The position numbers and the translations under genes were made by a program. Positions 1-9,407 of a stretch of 64,000 nucleotides of DNA are shown piece after piece. The notes under the pieces were generated by a model, which was not told the origin of the DNA, searched no databases, and was given only the letters and a program-made list of their open reading frames with translations. Numbering within the stretch: the stretch's first letter is position 1; the number at the start of each line of letters is the position of its first letter. This DNA is from Dethiobacter alkaliphilus (GTDB lineage: Bacteria; Bacillota; Dethiobacteria; DTU022; UBA8154): the NCBI GenBank assembly GCA_016841605.1, contig JAENYV010000009.1:18718-82717 (forward strand), in the 5' to 3' direction.

Positions 1-1021
1 AAGAAGCCTTATCGATACCCAGCTCCTTGGCCAGAAACAGGTCATTGACGCTGAACGGATTGTGAGTCTTAATAGCAACCAACTCTTTAACCGACACCTC
101 AGCCCGCTGCAGGGCCATTTGGGCGGCGGGAACCGGAGCCGCCGGCATGAATGATTTTTTTGCCCGGGCAAAGCCATAGGAAATAAGCCGGATGGAGATT
201 CCGGGGTCAGCGCTCATTTCCTTTGCATTCTCTTCGGTGGTGACAATAATTCCCACATTACCGTCAGCCGGGTGGGTCTGCGCTCCATAAGTATGAATAC
301 CGCCGTCCATCACCGGGGATAAACGCTCAAGAGCCTCTTTAGAGGTGCTTGATACACCTTCATCTGCTTCAACCAGCTTTGTTTCCTTTCGAGAAAGCTT
401 AACTTCCACCGGAAACATGTACCGCTTCTGAAAGGCACGGTCATCAGCTAATGCTTGTTTATACTGCTCATAACGGATTAGAACTAATTCGTCTGCTTCT
501 TCACGGGTAAATCCTGCTTCTTTGGCAACATTTTCGGCAGAGTCAAGCGTTCCAAAACCTGTCGAGGGATCGATCCTCATATTGTCCATATTCCAGTTCT
601 CATGGATAACTTCCGCACCGGGGCCTAACGGGTTGGGCCAGATGGTATGAGGACCGTTTGACGTCCGGTCAACCATAAGGCAGTATGCGGTCTTGACGTT
701 CCCCATTTCCACTGCCGTCCCGGCATTGAAAACCGCAGTAGTGGAGGTGGCACAAGCCTGCATAAAAGTTATACCGGGTATATCCGGTGCTCCCATCATA
801 AAAGCGGCCCATGTGGGTGCGAAAAAGACGCGGTGCTGACCGATGGTTATGCCCAAATAAAGAAAATCAAATTTTTTCTGTTCCAATCCCCTCGATGCAA
901 ACCAGCGCTTGCTGGTCTCCGCTCCAAGCACTATGGCATTTTCATTGGCGAAACTGCCCTGCCATTTACAGAAAGGCGAACTGTAATATCCTCTATACGG
1001 AATAAAAGCTTTCTTGAACAT
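1..1021 (-). CDS. Thiolase-like protein (SCP-x / nonspecific acyl-CoA acetyltransferase-like), 3' end cut by window edge
   Basis: My own minus-strand translation from the ATG at 1021 (SD aaggaggg upstream) gives MFKKAFIPYRGYYSSPF...AVFNAGTAVEMGN...; thiolase-fold-like; the ORF runs off the left edge so it is absent from the ORF track. Confidence 0.6.
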   Translation of the reverse strand, partial: MFKKAFIPYRGYYSSPFCKWQGSFANENAIVLGAETSKRWFASRGLEQKKFDFLYLGITIGQHRVFFAPTWAAFMMGAPDIPGITFMQACATSTTAVFNAGTAVEMGNVKTAYCLMVDRTSNGPHTIWPNPLGPGAEVIHENWNMDNMRIDPSTGFGTLDSAENVAKEAGFTREEADELVLIRYEQYKQALADDRAFQKRYMFPVEVKLSRKETKLVEADEGVSSTSKEALERLSPVMDGGIHTYGAQTHPADGNVGIIVTTEENAKEMSADPGISIRLISYGFARAKKSFMPAAPVPAAQMALQRAEVSVKELVAIKTHNPFSVNDLFLAKELGIDKAS

Positions 1022-1189
1022 TGTTTAATATTCCCTCCTTAAAATTCAGAATATTGCGATAAATAATTCTGCCCGGGATCTTTACCCAATCAGGGAAAAT
1101 TGGGTATAACAACAACCCCGCATATCAAGGTGTTACACTAAGTTTAATTTTATTCATTTGCTGACTTTAACAGTTAACACATACGGAGT

Positions 1190-1315
1190 TTACAGGAAAA
1201 ATACCTCTTCGCACTGAGAACATTGGCTTCCAATCAATTGAGGTTTCTCATCAGGTGGCAAAGGTGCGCTCCACAAGCCGTCCCTGCAGGGAATTTGCTT
1301 ATCGCCCATAGACAT
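1190..1315 (-). CDS. Tiny Zn-ribbon-like ORF (41 aa) upstream of the thiolase; resembles the N-terminal rubredoxin-like ribbon of DUF35/OB-fold thiolase partners; possibly frameshifted
   Basis: SD atgaggagga then ATG; MSMGDKQIPCRDGLWSAPLPPDEKPQLIGSQCSQCEEVFFL*; an alternative frame after the TTTTTCC run continues PVNSVCVNC*, which would complete a CxxC...CxxC ribbon. Confidence 0.3.
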   Translation of the reverse strand: MSMGDKQIPCRDGLWSAPLPPDEKPQLIGSQCSQCEEVFFL

Positions 1316-1329
1316 TTAGTTCCTCCTCA

Positions 1330-1645
1330 TTTCTAATTACTAAACCGGTAATTTCCCCTTAGCTTTCGTATAAGCCAGGCGCTCGGGTGAAGCGCCGGGT
1401 AAGGTGCGACTTTTCCCGGTCGTGCAAAGTCCCGGCGAAGCGCAAACCGAAAGCTTACCCTGCAGACAGGACGTCTGCAGCCGGCTCGCTGCCATGGAGG
1501 GCAGCGTAGCCGGGAAGGTAAGTGAAGGGCTAAGAAGAGCCGCAGGACTTGCAGGCAGGAAACCAAAAGCCCGGTCCGGCGCTTTGCCCGAGTGCTCGCT
1601 AAACCGTCCCTATGGCGCTGTTAATTACGATTTTTCGCTGTAGTG
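1330..1645. other. GC-rich, hairpin-dense intergenic element (candidate structured RNA / cis-regulatory leader)
   Basis: Local GC far above the flanking AT-rich intergenic DNA; perfect palindrome ctgcagacAGGAcgtctgcag; further stems ggcgc...gcgcc and gctgcc...ggcagc; the only ORFs here are overlapping antisense pairs of spurious appearance. Confidence 0.3.
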
Positions 1646-1649
1646 GTAA

Positions 1650-3227
1650 TTACTTGTTTTTTTCCTTATCCCATGTGTTCGCTGTGATGCCTGCCTGCTT
1701 TAGTTTATATTTTTCGACCCGATTAGTTGGCGTTTTCGGCAAACTATCCATAAATTCCACAAATCTAGGTACCGCAAAGTACGGCATTCTTTCGTCACAA
1801 TATTCGATTAATTCCTCCGGTAAAAGAGTCTCCTCTGGTTTTAGAACAACACAGATCTTTACTTCATCCTCTCCAATTTCCGACGGAACTGCGACTGCTG
1901 CCGACTCTAAAACTTTTGAGTGGCTATTAACCGCCCTCTCCACTTCAAAGGAAGAAATATTCTCTCCCCTTCTCCTGAGCGCATCTTTCTTTCTATCTAC
2001 AAAATAGAAATACCCATCTTCATCTTTTTTTGCTAAGTCACCGGTATGAAACCATAGATTGCGGAAGGTTTCCAATGTTTTGTCAGGCATGTTGTAGTAT
2101 CCCAGCATCATAAGAAAAGGCTCACGGGGACGGAATACTATTTCCCCAATTTCTCCTACGGGGACCTCGTTATCATTATCATCAAATAATTTCATCTCAT
2201 AAAATTCTAAAGGCTTACCGCAGGAACCTCGCCTTCTATCATTTACCCTGACGTGAATCGGAATTCCAATCTCAGTCATGCCAAAGCCTTCTAAACACTT
2301 TATTCCGAATCTTTCTTCAACCTCATCCATTACTTCGGGAGGGCATCCTGCACCAAAAGCAATGCACACAGGATTATCCAAATCATTTTGTTTTTGAGGC
2401 TGCTTGTTTAAAATAGGCATAACACCGCCAAGATAGTTAAACTGAGTCGCTCCGTAGCGACGGATATCATCCCAGAAGCGGGATGCGCTAAACTTTTCAG
2501 CAAGAACCATCGAAGCTTCTGCTATTAACGTAGTTAAAATAGTCAGGCACTGTCCATTTAGATGATAAAGAGGCATAAAAGTATAAAAGATATCATCTTT
2601 TCCACCCTCGCGATATTCCACCATTTTCTCAGTAAAGACAATCCAAAACTTATGAGGTGCTAAAGCTCCCTTGGAAAGACCCGTTGTCCCTGATGTATAG
2701 ATGATGCTTAAAGGATCCCAGGGATAAACCACAGCATTGACGGGTTCCTCAGAGCTTTTGTTGAATAGCTCCTCAAAGCTTAATATAGGAAATTTATAGT
2801 TAGATATATCTTCCTTGGGAGCATCTAAGAGGATTATTTTTTTAAGTTTTGGCAAACCATCTTCAATAATTTTAAGCCGTTCAAGAAAATCAGAGGCAAT
2901 CACTAAAATTTTTGAATCGGATTGGTCAACAATATGCCTCAAAAACTCCCCCTTATATGAATTGTTTATTGGAACCTCAACAGCGCCAAGTTTTGCCAGA
3001 CCAAACCAGACATACAAATATTCGGGACGATTGGGGAGCATAATACTAACATTGTCTCCCTTAGTTATTCCCAAATCCTGAAACATGTTGGCGCACTTGT
3101 TAGAATAACGACGTATTTCATCATAAGTGATCTTCTCATTTTTAAAGTAGAGAAATGTTTTATCTTTGTTTCTTTTTGCTTTTTCATCAATTAATTCACC
3201 CAACACATGTGTTTTTAATTTTTGCAT
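1650..3227 (-). CDS. AMP-dependent acyl-CoA synthetase/ligase
   Basis: 525 aa; AMP-binding motif IYTSGTTGLSKGA; C-terminal ...ENISSFEVE... region. Confidence 0.85.
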   Translation of the reverse strand: MQKLKTHVLGELIDEKAKRNKDKTFLYFKNEKITYDEIRRYSNKCANMFQDLGITKGDNVSIMLPNRPEYLYVWFGLAKLGAVEVPINNSYKGEFLRHIVDQSDSKILVIASDFLERLKIIEDGLPKLKKIILLDAPKEDISNYKFPILSFEELFNKSSEEPVNAVVYPWDPLSIIYTSGTTGLSKGALAPHKFWIVFTEKMVEYREGGKDDIFYTFMPLYHLNGQCLTILTTLIAEASMVLAEKFSASRFWDDIRRYGATQFNYLGGVMPILNKQPQKQNDLDNPVCIAFGAGCPPEVMDEVEERFGIKCLEGFGMTEIGIPIHVRVNDRRRGSCGKPLEFYEMKLFDDNDNEVPVGEIGEIVFRPREPFLMMLGYYNMPDKTLETFRNLWFHTGDLAKKDEDGYFYFVDRKKDALRRRGENISSFEVERAVNSHSKVLESAAVAVPSEIGEDEVKICVVLKPEETLLPEELIEYCDERMPYFAVPRFVEFMDSLPKTPTNRVEKYKLKQAGITANTWDKEKNK

Positions 3228-3500
3228 TTGTAATCCTCCTTAAAATTTTTTGACTCTTGTAATTATCAATTTTAACTTGATTATTAAATTAATTATATAT
3301 AACCAAAAAGATGGAAACAATATCCTATTTTAACAAATAATTTTTATGAATTTGTACTTTATCTACAAACCCGCTTATGGAGAATATCTTTAGGTACACA
3401 AATATCTGCTTTTGTCAGCCTCACTCACTTTTTTATAATAGCCTCCTGAAGAGAAATATAAATAAAATCGCTATACCCTCCTCTCCTTGATTACAAGATT

Positions 3501-5768
3501 TTATCCGGCTTTAAAAAGATCGGGGCATAAAAAAGATAGTGTCTTAATAGCAAAATGAGTATCAAATTTACATTTTTCTACTGAAAGATCCAAATTAAAG
3601 ATGTCTTTAAGAACATTTATACGATATCTGAGGGTGTTTATATGAATATGTAGGTCATCCGAGGTAGAGCGAAGGTTCCCATTATAATAAAAGTATCTCT
3701 CCAATGTTTTTAAAAAATAAGTTCCTTTGGAGCAGTCTGATTTTATCAATTCTTGCAATTGATTTTTCGCAATAGCTTCCAGACGTTTACGCGAATGTTG
3801 TTCCAAAAATAGTTGATAAAAACCCAGTTCTTCAAAATACATTACACCTTGCTTCCCGGTCTGTTGTAAAAAATCGACCGCACAACGGGCTTCGTAATAG
3901 GACTGTTTAATATCTTTAATATCCTTTGCGATAGAACCGATACCTATGGAAATAGTTGTGCTAATAGCTTCAAATACAACCCGCTGTACTTGGGAAAGTA
4001 AAAAATGTATTCCTTTAGACTGAGAAGGTAAACCTGTATCCTTGGGGTGTGGAATTAAAAGAATAACATCATCCCCTTTGAAGAAAACCATTCCACCGGG
4101 ACAAATTTTTTTCAACACACTGTTAAGTATCCACTTACTGCGTTTATTCCCTTGTAAAAACGGCTGCTCTTTAAGAGCTTCAATACTGTGACTTAACACT
4201 GTAACTATATATGCTCCGGTTAAATCATAGCCAAAATTAGCAGCCATGTTGACTATATCTTTTTCATGAAAACCATTATCAGATATCATTGTATTTAAGA
4301 AATCATCCCTTAAATTCTGCTCTACTTCATAAGCCATTTTCTGTTTTAAAATCTCTATGGTAAGCATATGAGCAGCCCGATCTAAAGCCAATATCTGTAC
4401 TTGACTTAATTTCGTCGTATCCTCAAAAACAACGATAACTCCTAAGAAATCATTGTTAACTTTGGGTATGGCAATCACAGCTGTTTCATCGGAACCGTTC
4501 AGAGAAAAAGTCTCACGAAAGGGTATAGAGTACATATCAGGATTTTGGGAGAGTTTCTTAAACACATTAGAAAGGGAGACCATCTGGAAATTTTCTGTCT
4601 TCTGCTTGCCGTTTTCTGATGGTATACGCTTCCAGCGAAGACAGTCAAAGAAAACCACAGGCAATTTGAAATGCCGCTCCATTCTATTAATAAAACCTTC
4701 TATACCGGTTTCCTGAATTAAAATAGTAGTTAACCTTTGATGGATATACATCAAATATTTGTATTCGTTGCAATTCACCTTCTCTTGTTGATAAATACTC
4801 CTTAATTCAACGTCATGTTTTTGCAGCTGTCTAAGTTTAAGTGTATTCATAATAAAAACAGTTATTTGTGACATCATTTGCATAAGGAGCTTTTCTTCGT
4901 TTTTGTTAAAGCCGCCGGATCGATTTATTAAGCAGTAAACTCCAATACAATTTTTTTCCAGAAGTAAAGGGAGCGCCAAAATATTATTTACTTCCACGTT
5001 GTTAAATTGATTGCCGAAGATAATTGATGCTTGCAGAGTATCATTATTATAAAATGCTCTCTGATTATTAAAGACATTTACGATAATGTTATTTTCTTCA
5101 ATTGAAAGAGTATGAGAATTTATTTCTTTATTTTTTTGAATTCCGAAAGCAGGTTCCTGTAATACTAATTCTCTGCTTTTTTCGTCATACAAGAAAAGCC
5201 CGGCATTATCAGCTAAAGCTATGGTTTTAACCCTATTGTTAATTTCAGCAAAAAAAACTCCAAGTGTACAATTCCCCAGAGCTTTTTCGCCAATTTTTGT
5301 ACATGATGTTATTATTTCCTGCTGAATAGTATTCTCCCTGTTCCGGCTATCGTGCATTAGGACATTACAAAAGTGCTGGAACAATTGTTTACCCAGGATC
5401 TTTAGAGTATACCTTACAGGATTTTGGCCCCCTCCCCAAAGCATAAAAATGTTTTTTTCATCTTTTACTTCATTAATAAAAATTATGCTATTCGGTTCAG
5501 CACCGTCCAGTTTATAAAACAATTCTTTTCCAAAGTTTGTCTTATTTTTACAGGAATAAATATCTTTTATATTAAATACCGGATCAAAGAACGACTTTAA
5601 TGAAATATGTTGATTTTTACGCATCCCTTTCCTGGAAAAAATAATTTCTTGAATTTCTGTTGTATAGACTATTATTGCCATCTGTTTCAGTTGAAGAAAG
5701 ATACGCAGTTTACGAATCAAGGTTTCCAACTTTTTTTCATCCGCAATTGGAAATTTAACCGAGATCAA
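3501..5768 (-). CDS. PucR/CdaR-family transcriptional regulator with large N-terminal sensor (GAF-like) region
   Basis: 755 aa; C-terminal PucR-type HTH (…HIHINTLRYRINVLKDIFNLDL); probable TTG start preceded by aagggggtattggg. Confidence 0.65.
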   Translation of the reverse strand: MISVKFPIADEKKLETLIRKLRIFLQLKQMAIIVYTTEIQEIIFSRKGMRKNQHISLKSFFDPVFNIKDIYSCKNKTNFGKELFYKLDGAEPNSIIFINEVKDEKNIFMLWGGGQNPVRYTLKILGKQLFQHFCNVLMHDSRNRENTIQQEIITSCTKIGEKALGNCTLGVFFAEINNRVKTIALADNAGLFLYDEKSRELVLQEPAFGIQKNKEINSHTLSIEENNIIVNVFNNQRAFYNNDTLQASIIFGNQFNNVEVNNILALPLLLEKNCIGVYCLINRSGGFNKNEEKLLMQMMSQITVFIMNTLKLRQLQKHDVELRSIYQQEKVNCNEYKYLMYIHQRLTTILIQETGIEGFINRMERHFKLPVVFFDCLRWKRIPSENGKQKTENFQMVSLSNVFKKLSQNPDMYSIPFRETFSLNGSDETAVIAIPKVNNDFLGVIVVFEDTTKLSQVQILALDRAAHMLTIEILKQKMAYEVEQNLRDDFLNTMISDNGFHEKDIVNMAANFGYDLTGAYIVTVLSHSIEALKEQPFLQGNKRSKWILNSVLKKICPGGMVFFKGDDVILLIPHPKDTGLPSQSKGIHFLLSQVQRVVFEAISTTISIGIGSIAKDIKDIKQSYYEARCAVDFLQQTGKQGVMYFEELGFYQLFLEQHSRKRLEAIAKNQLQELIKSDCSKGTYFLKTLERYFYYNGNLRSTSDDLHIHINTLRYRINVLKDIFNLDLSVEKCKFDTHFAIKTLSFLCPDLFKAG

Positions 5769-5950
5769 CCCAATACCCCCTTAACTTTCTTCTGTGCAAC
5801 TCAGGCAAATATTATGTTTTATCACAGAAATAAGGGCTTTCTCATAGCATCACTGGTTTTTCTTAAATACCATGCTTGGGGATTATTTTGCTCGGAATAA
5901 CCCCCAAGCACAAAGACAAATCCTGTTGCATCTTAGTTGTAAATGTTAAA

Positions 5951-7306
5951 TTATGCTTTAATTCTTTCTAGCAGTATCTCTACAAGTGAGGTGTTAAAAT
6001 TACCGTCCCGATACTCTTTGCTTTTAAGAATTTTTAAGTTTATAGGGATTGTTGTTTTAATTCCTTCTATTTTAAAATCCAGCAGCGCCTCTTCCATCCG
6101 ACGTATAGCTTCTAAACGTGTTGCATCTCTTACAATAACCTTAGCAATTAATGAATCATAATAAGGTAAAACAGTCGATCCTTCTGCAATAGCATGATCG
6201 ATTCTTAGATACCTGCTTTCCATGTTCGGAAATTTTAAGTTTGAAATTTTTCCTGGAGAGGGAGCGAAATTAACAGGATCTTCAGCATAAACTCTGGCTT
6301 CAATAGCATGGCCTTCCAGCATAACATCTTCCTGATTAAAATTGAGGGTTCCCCCTGCAGCGACCTCTATCTGGCATTTAACAATATCCATACCCGCTAA
6401 AAATTCCGTTACGGGATGCTCCACCTGTAACCTGGCATTTACTTCCATAAAGTAATAATTTCCATCTTCCGACCGGAGAAACTCGATTGTTCCGGCTCCT
6501 TCATAGCCCATGGCCATAACCAGTTTTCTTGTATACTCATAAAGAGCCTGACGCTCTTTCTCCTCCACTATCGGGGAAGGGGATTCTTCAATAATTTTCT
6601 GATGCTTCCTCTGTGTAGAACATTCTCTTTCACCAAGACAAATACACTTGCCCACTTTGTCAGAGAGAAACTGTATTTCGATATGTCTCGGGTTAATAAC
6701 CTGTTTCTCCAGGTAACAATCTGTTGATCCGAAAGCAACCATACCTACTCGTAAAACCCTTTCCCATACATCCTTGACTTGGTCCATTTCCTTGATTACC
6801 TCAATACCCTTTCCCCCTCCTCCTTTGTCGAGTTTGAGGAATACAGGTAATCCGAATTCAGGAATAACTTTATAAAGTTCATCCAGGCTTTTAAAAGACG
6901 CTATCGTTCCGGGTATAATGGGAACATTTACTCTAGAAGCGATTTCGCGACAGTAACACTTTGATTCAATAGCTTGCATCACCTTGGGAGGCGGACCTAT
7001 CCACGTAACACCATTGGAAACCACTGCTTCGGCAAAAGAATGATTTTCAGACAAAAATCCATAACCAGGATGGACAGCGTCAGCTTCTACTTCTTTAATT
7101 GCATTGATGATAGCTTCTCTGTTAAGGTAGCTTTTTAAAGGATTTGCCGGCCCAATGTTGTAGGTCTCATCTACTTCCTGTAAATAAAATGCATCTTTAT
7201 CGGCATCAGAATAAATTGCTGCAGTTTTAATATTTAGATCCCTGCATGTTTTAATGATTCTCCTGGCAATTTCCCCTCTGTTTGCTATTAATATCTTCTT
7301 AAACAT
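5951..7306 (-). CDS. Biotin carboxylase (ATP-grasp) subunit of a biotin-dependent carboxylase
   Basis: 451 aa; MFKKILIANRGEIARRII...; glycine-rich loop KGGGGKGIEVI; overlaps the upstream biotinyl-protein gene by 8 nt (translational coupling). Confidence 0.9.
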   Translation of the reverse strand: MFKKILIANRGEIARRIIKTCRDLNIKTAAIYSDADKDAFYLQEVDETYNIGPANPLKSYLNREAIINAIKEVEADAVHPGYGFLSENHSFAEAVVSNGVTWIGPPPKVMQAIESKCYCREIASRVNVPIIPGTIASFKSLDELYKVIPEFGLPVFLKLDKGGGGKGIEVIKEMDQVKDVWERVLRVGMVAFGSTDCYLEKQVINPRHIEIQFLSDKVGKCICLGERECSTQRKHQKIIEESPSPIVEEKERQALYEYTRKLVMAMGYEGAGTIEFLRSEDGNYYFMEVNARLQVEHPVTEFLAGMDIVKCQIEVAAGGTLNFNQEDVMLEGHAIEARVYAEDPVNFAPSPGKISNLKFPNMESRYLRIDHAIAEGSTVLPYYDSLIAKVIVRDATRLEAIRRMEEALLDFKIEGIKTTIPINLKILKSKEYRDGNFNTSLVEILLERIKA

Positions 7307-7541
7307 GGCCTAATTTTCCCTCATCCAATTCGAGAATTATCATAGAGCTTCCCACGTCCATCTCATCCCATTCTTTGGCAACTATTTGTTTTACTTTACC
7401 TTCATATTCTGAGATAACAGCCAATTCAGTTTTCATGCAGTTAATAACAGCAACCGTCTGCCCTTTTTTAACAAATTCTCCTTCACTTACAGTAACCCTG
7501 GCCACAAGTCCAGGCATGTGTGCATTAATTGTTGCTTCCAT
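7299..7541 (-). CDS. Small biotinyl/lipoyl-domain carrier protein (BCCP-like, 80 aa)
   Basis: Biotin-attachment-like ...VAVINCMKTELAVISEYEGKV...; SD aaggagag; sits directly upstream of the biotin carboxylase. Confidence 0.7.
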   Translation of the reverse strand: MEATINAHMPGLVARVTVSEGEFVKKGQTVAVINCMKTELAVISEYEGKVKQIVAKEWDEMDVGSSMIILELDEGKLGHV

Positions 7542-7560
7542 TGTTTACCTCTCCTTTTCT

Positions 7561-9243
7561 TTATTTATCTAGAATATAAACAACACCCTTATCGCCATCC
7601 ACCTTAACCCTTTGGCCTGTCTTAATCTTTGTCGTAGCTTCTACACAACCGGCTATACAGGGTAACCCATATTCACGAGCCATAATTACCGGATGGGAAA
7701 GAGCACCACCACCATCAGTAATCAATCCGCTTATTACGCTAAAAGAAACCGTCCAGGCAGCAGAAATTCCGGGTGCCACCAAAATTTCCCCCGGTTTAAG
7801 TTCGGTTAATTTATCTTGAGTCATAATTACTCTTGCCACGCCTTCTACTAAACCGGGGGCTGCTGCAGCTCCATAAAGATCGGCTTTTAGCTCTCCTCTC
7901 ACAATAGGTACTTGGGTTGATACAAAAAGGGTCGGATCGCTTCTCAATACCGCCTGTGCGTAGTTTATGTCCCCATAAAAAGGTTTGGGATCTATTGTTA
8001 AATTTTCTTGCCAGGCTTTTTTTCTTGGTTCCACATAAGGACGAAGATTAATCTTTCCCATTGGAATAGCTGCTTTTCTTATTTCATCAGGGCGCAGGAA
8101 ATGTATATCCTCCGGCTTATCAATGCATCCTGCTTCGGCAAATCGTCTGCCGAATTCTGTGACAATCCATCTTCCCATAGCCCCGATATAAAAATCACAA
8201 TAATAAGTATGGTCTTCGCTCCAGTAACTCGCCTTTTGGGCTGCTTTCAGTAATAGTTTAAAAGTTTCTCGCTGCCCCACGGGTACTTTATACAGAATTT
8301 CGTCAATTGTGCGTTCCCTCTCAGCAATAACCTTGCTTTTAGCGACATCAAAAGCGAAAACTTCATCTGCCATTAACATGCGAATATTTCCGATAGCTAA
8401 AGCAGGTTTTTCAACCCAGGCCGGAGTATCGTATGCATGCATGCGCTCACATCTCCAGCCGTGTTCAAAAAGAAATTCTTTATATTCCTTTAACCACTGC
8501 AAGCCTGCATCACTTGTTTCCATATTTTGTAATACCTGTTCATTATCTTCGGTATTGAAAGCTTCATTGAGGCCTAGTTCCACCGCACGCCTTGCAAGAA
8601 ACCATAAGTCCCTGACCACTTTAACGGCCATACTTTCGAAACCGGCTGTCACCTTACTGAATTTCGGATCAATTGCTGCTTCAACTCCAAAAATGCTTTT
8701 CCACATTTGTTGGAATAAACTACCGATATAATAAGAAACCATTAACATAACAAAATGAATTTCAGCTTCTTTTCGATTTAGAACATAGGCAAAATCCAGA
8801 AAAAAGGAAAGAAGTTCAATATTGCTAAGCTTTTCAATATCTTCCCATTCTTTTAACCCCCTAGATTCTCTCGCATCCTTATAACTATTAATTAAATCCT
8901 GCTTGTAAGGATCCCATACTCCATCAAAATCTTCAATAAACGGTTTAATCTTCTCTTTAAAAATAGGTTCCCGTGCTTTTCTTTCTTCCTCTGTAGTTCT
9001 GATAGCGGTAATATATGGATATCCATTAATAAATCTCGAATCCCAACCATGAGAAGTGGGCAAATGGAATGTTTCCGCTCCGAACCGTATACCGTGGTAG
9101 TACCAATACCACCCTAATCCAATGTAAAGAGGTTTCATCGGAGGCTTCCCATGTACTAAATCACAAAGTAATACATCATAGTTCTTAGGATCGTTCTCCT
9201 CATCAAATTCATAAAAGCTTAAGTCATAAGCCGGTGCTAACAT
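7561..9243 (-). CDS. PEP-utilising-enzyme mobile (phospho-His) domain protein with a ~470-aa N-terminal region of unknown type; His-domain half of a split PEP-synthase/rifampin-phosphotransferase-like kinase
   Basis: 560 aa; C-terminal ...TDGGGALSHPVIMAREYGLPCIAGC...VKVDGDKGVVYILDK matches the swivelling His domain of PEP synthase/PPDK; no PPDK_N domain and no TIM barrel; strong SD aaggagga. Confidence 0.75.
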   Translation of the reverse strand: MLAPAYDLSFYEFDEENDPKNYDVLLCDLVHGKPPMKPLYIGLGWYWYYHGIRFGAETFHLPTSHGWDSRFINGYPYITAIRTTEEERKAREPIFKEKIKPFIEDFDGVWDPYKQDLINSYKDARESRGLKEWEDIEKLSNIELLSFFLDFAYVLNRKEAEIHFVMLMVSYYIGSLFQQMWKSIFGVEAAIDPKFSKVTAGFESMAVKVVRDLWFLARRAVELGLNEAFNTEDNEQVLQNMETSDAGLQWLKEYKEFLFEHGWRCERMHAYDTPAWVEKPALAIGNIRMLMADEVFAFDVAKSKVIAERERTIDEILYKVPVGQRETFKLLLKAAQKASYWSEDHTYYCDFYIGAMGRWIVTEFGRRFAEAGCIDKPEDIHFLRPDEIRKAAIPMGKINLRPYVEPRKKAWQENLTIDPKPFYGDINYAQAVLRSDPTLFVSTQVPIVRGELKADLYGAAAAPGLVEGVARVIMTQDKLTELKPGEILVAPGISAAWTVSFSVISGLITDGGGALSHPVIMAREYGLPCIAGCVEATTKIKTGQRVKVDGDKGVVYILDK

Positions 9244-9407
9244 TTTTTTCCTCCTTTATCTAATTTGCCAAATCTAAATATTAATTTGAAAATTTTAACA
9301 TTTTTTTGTCTGGCTAATGGGTTAATCACCTCCTAAGAAACTTTTTGCTTTCAAGTGGAGCAAATTTTTTACTAATACAAAATTTTTTAGTTTTCTTGCA
9401 AGTTAAA

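Noticed and set aside
1333-2007. Track ORFs 1333..1566(-), 1404..1643(+) and 1612..2007(+)
   Set aside because: The first two overlap each other antisense in the GC-rich element and have no SD; the third is antisense to the acyl-CoA ligase. These are composition artefacts, not genes.
5855-5893. Hairpin tgcttgggg...cccccaagca between the biotin carboxylase stop and the PucR start
   Set aside because: The stem is stable but no T-tract lies on either strand and no ORF is associated. It may terminate or stabilise a transcript, but the evidence is insufficient.
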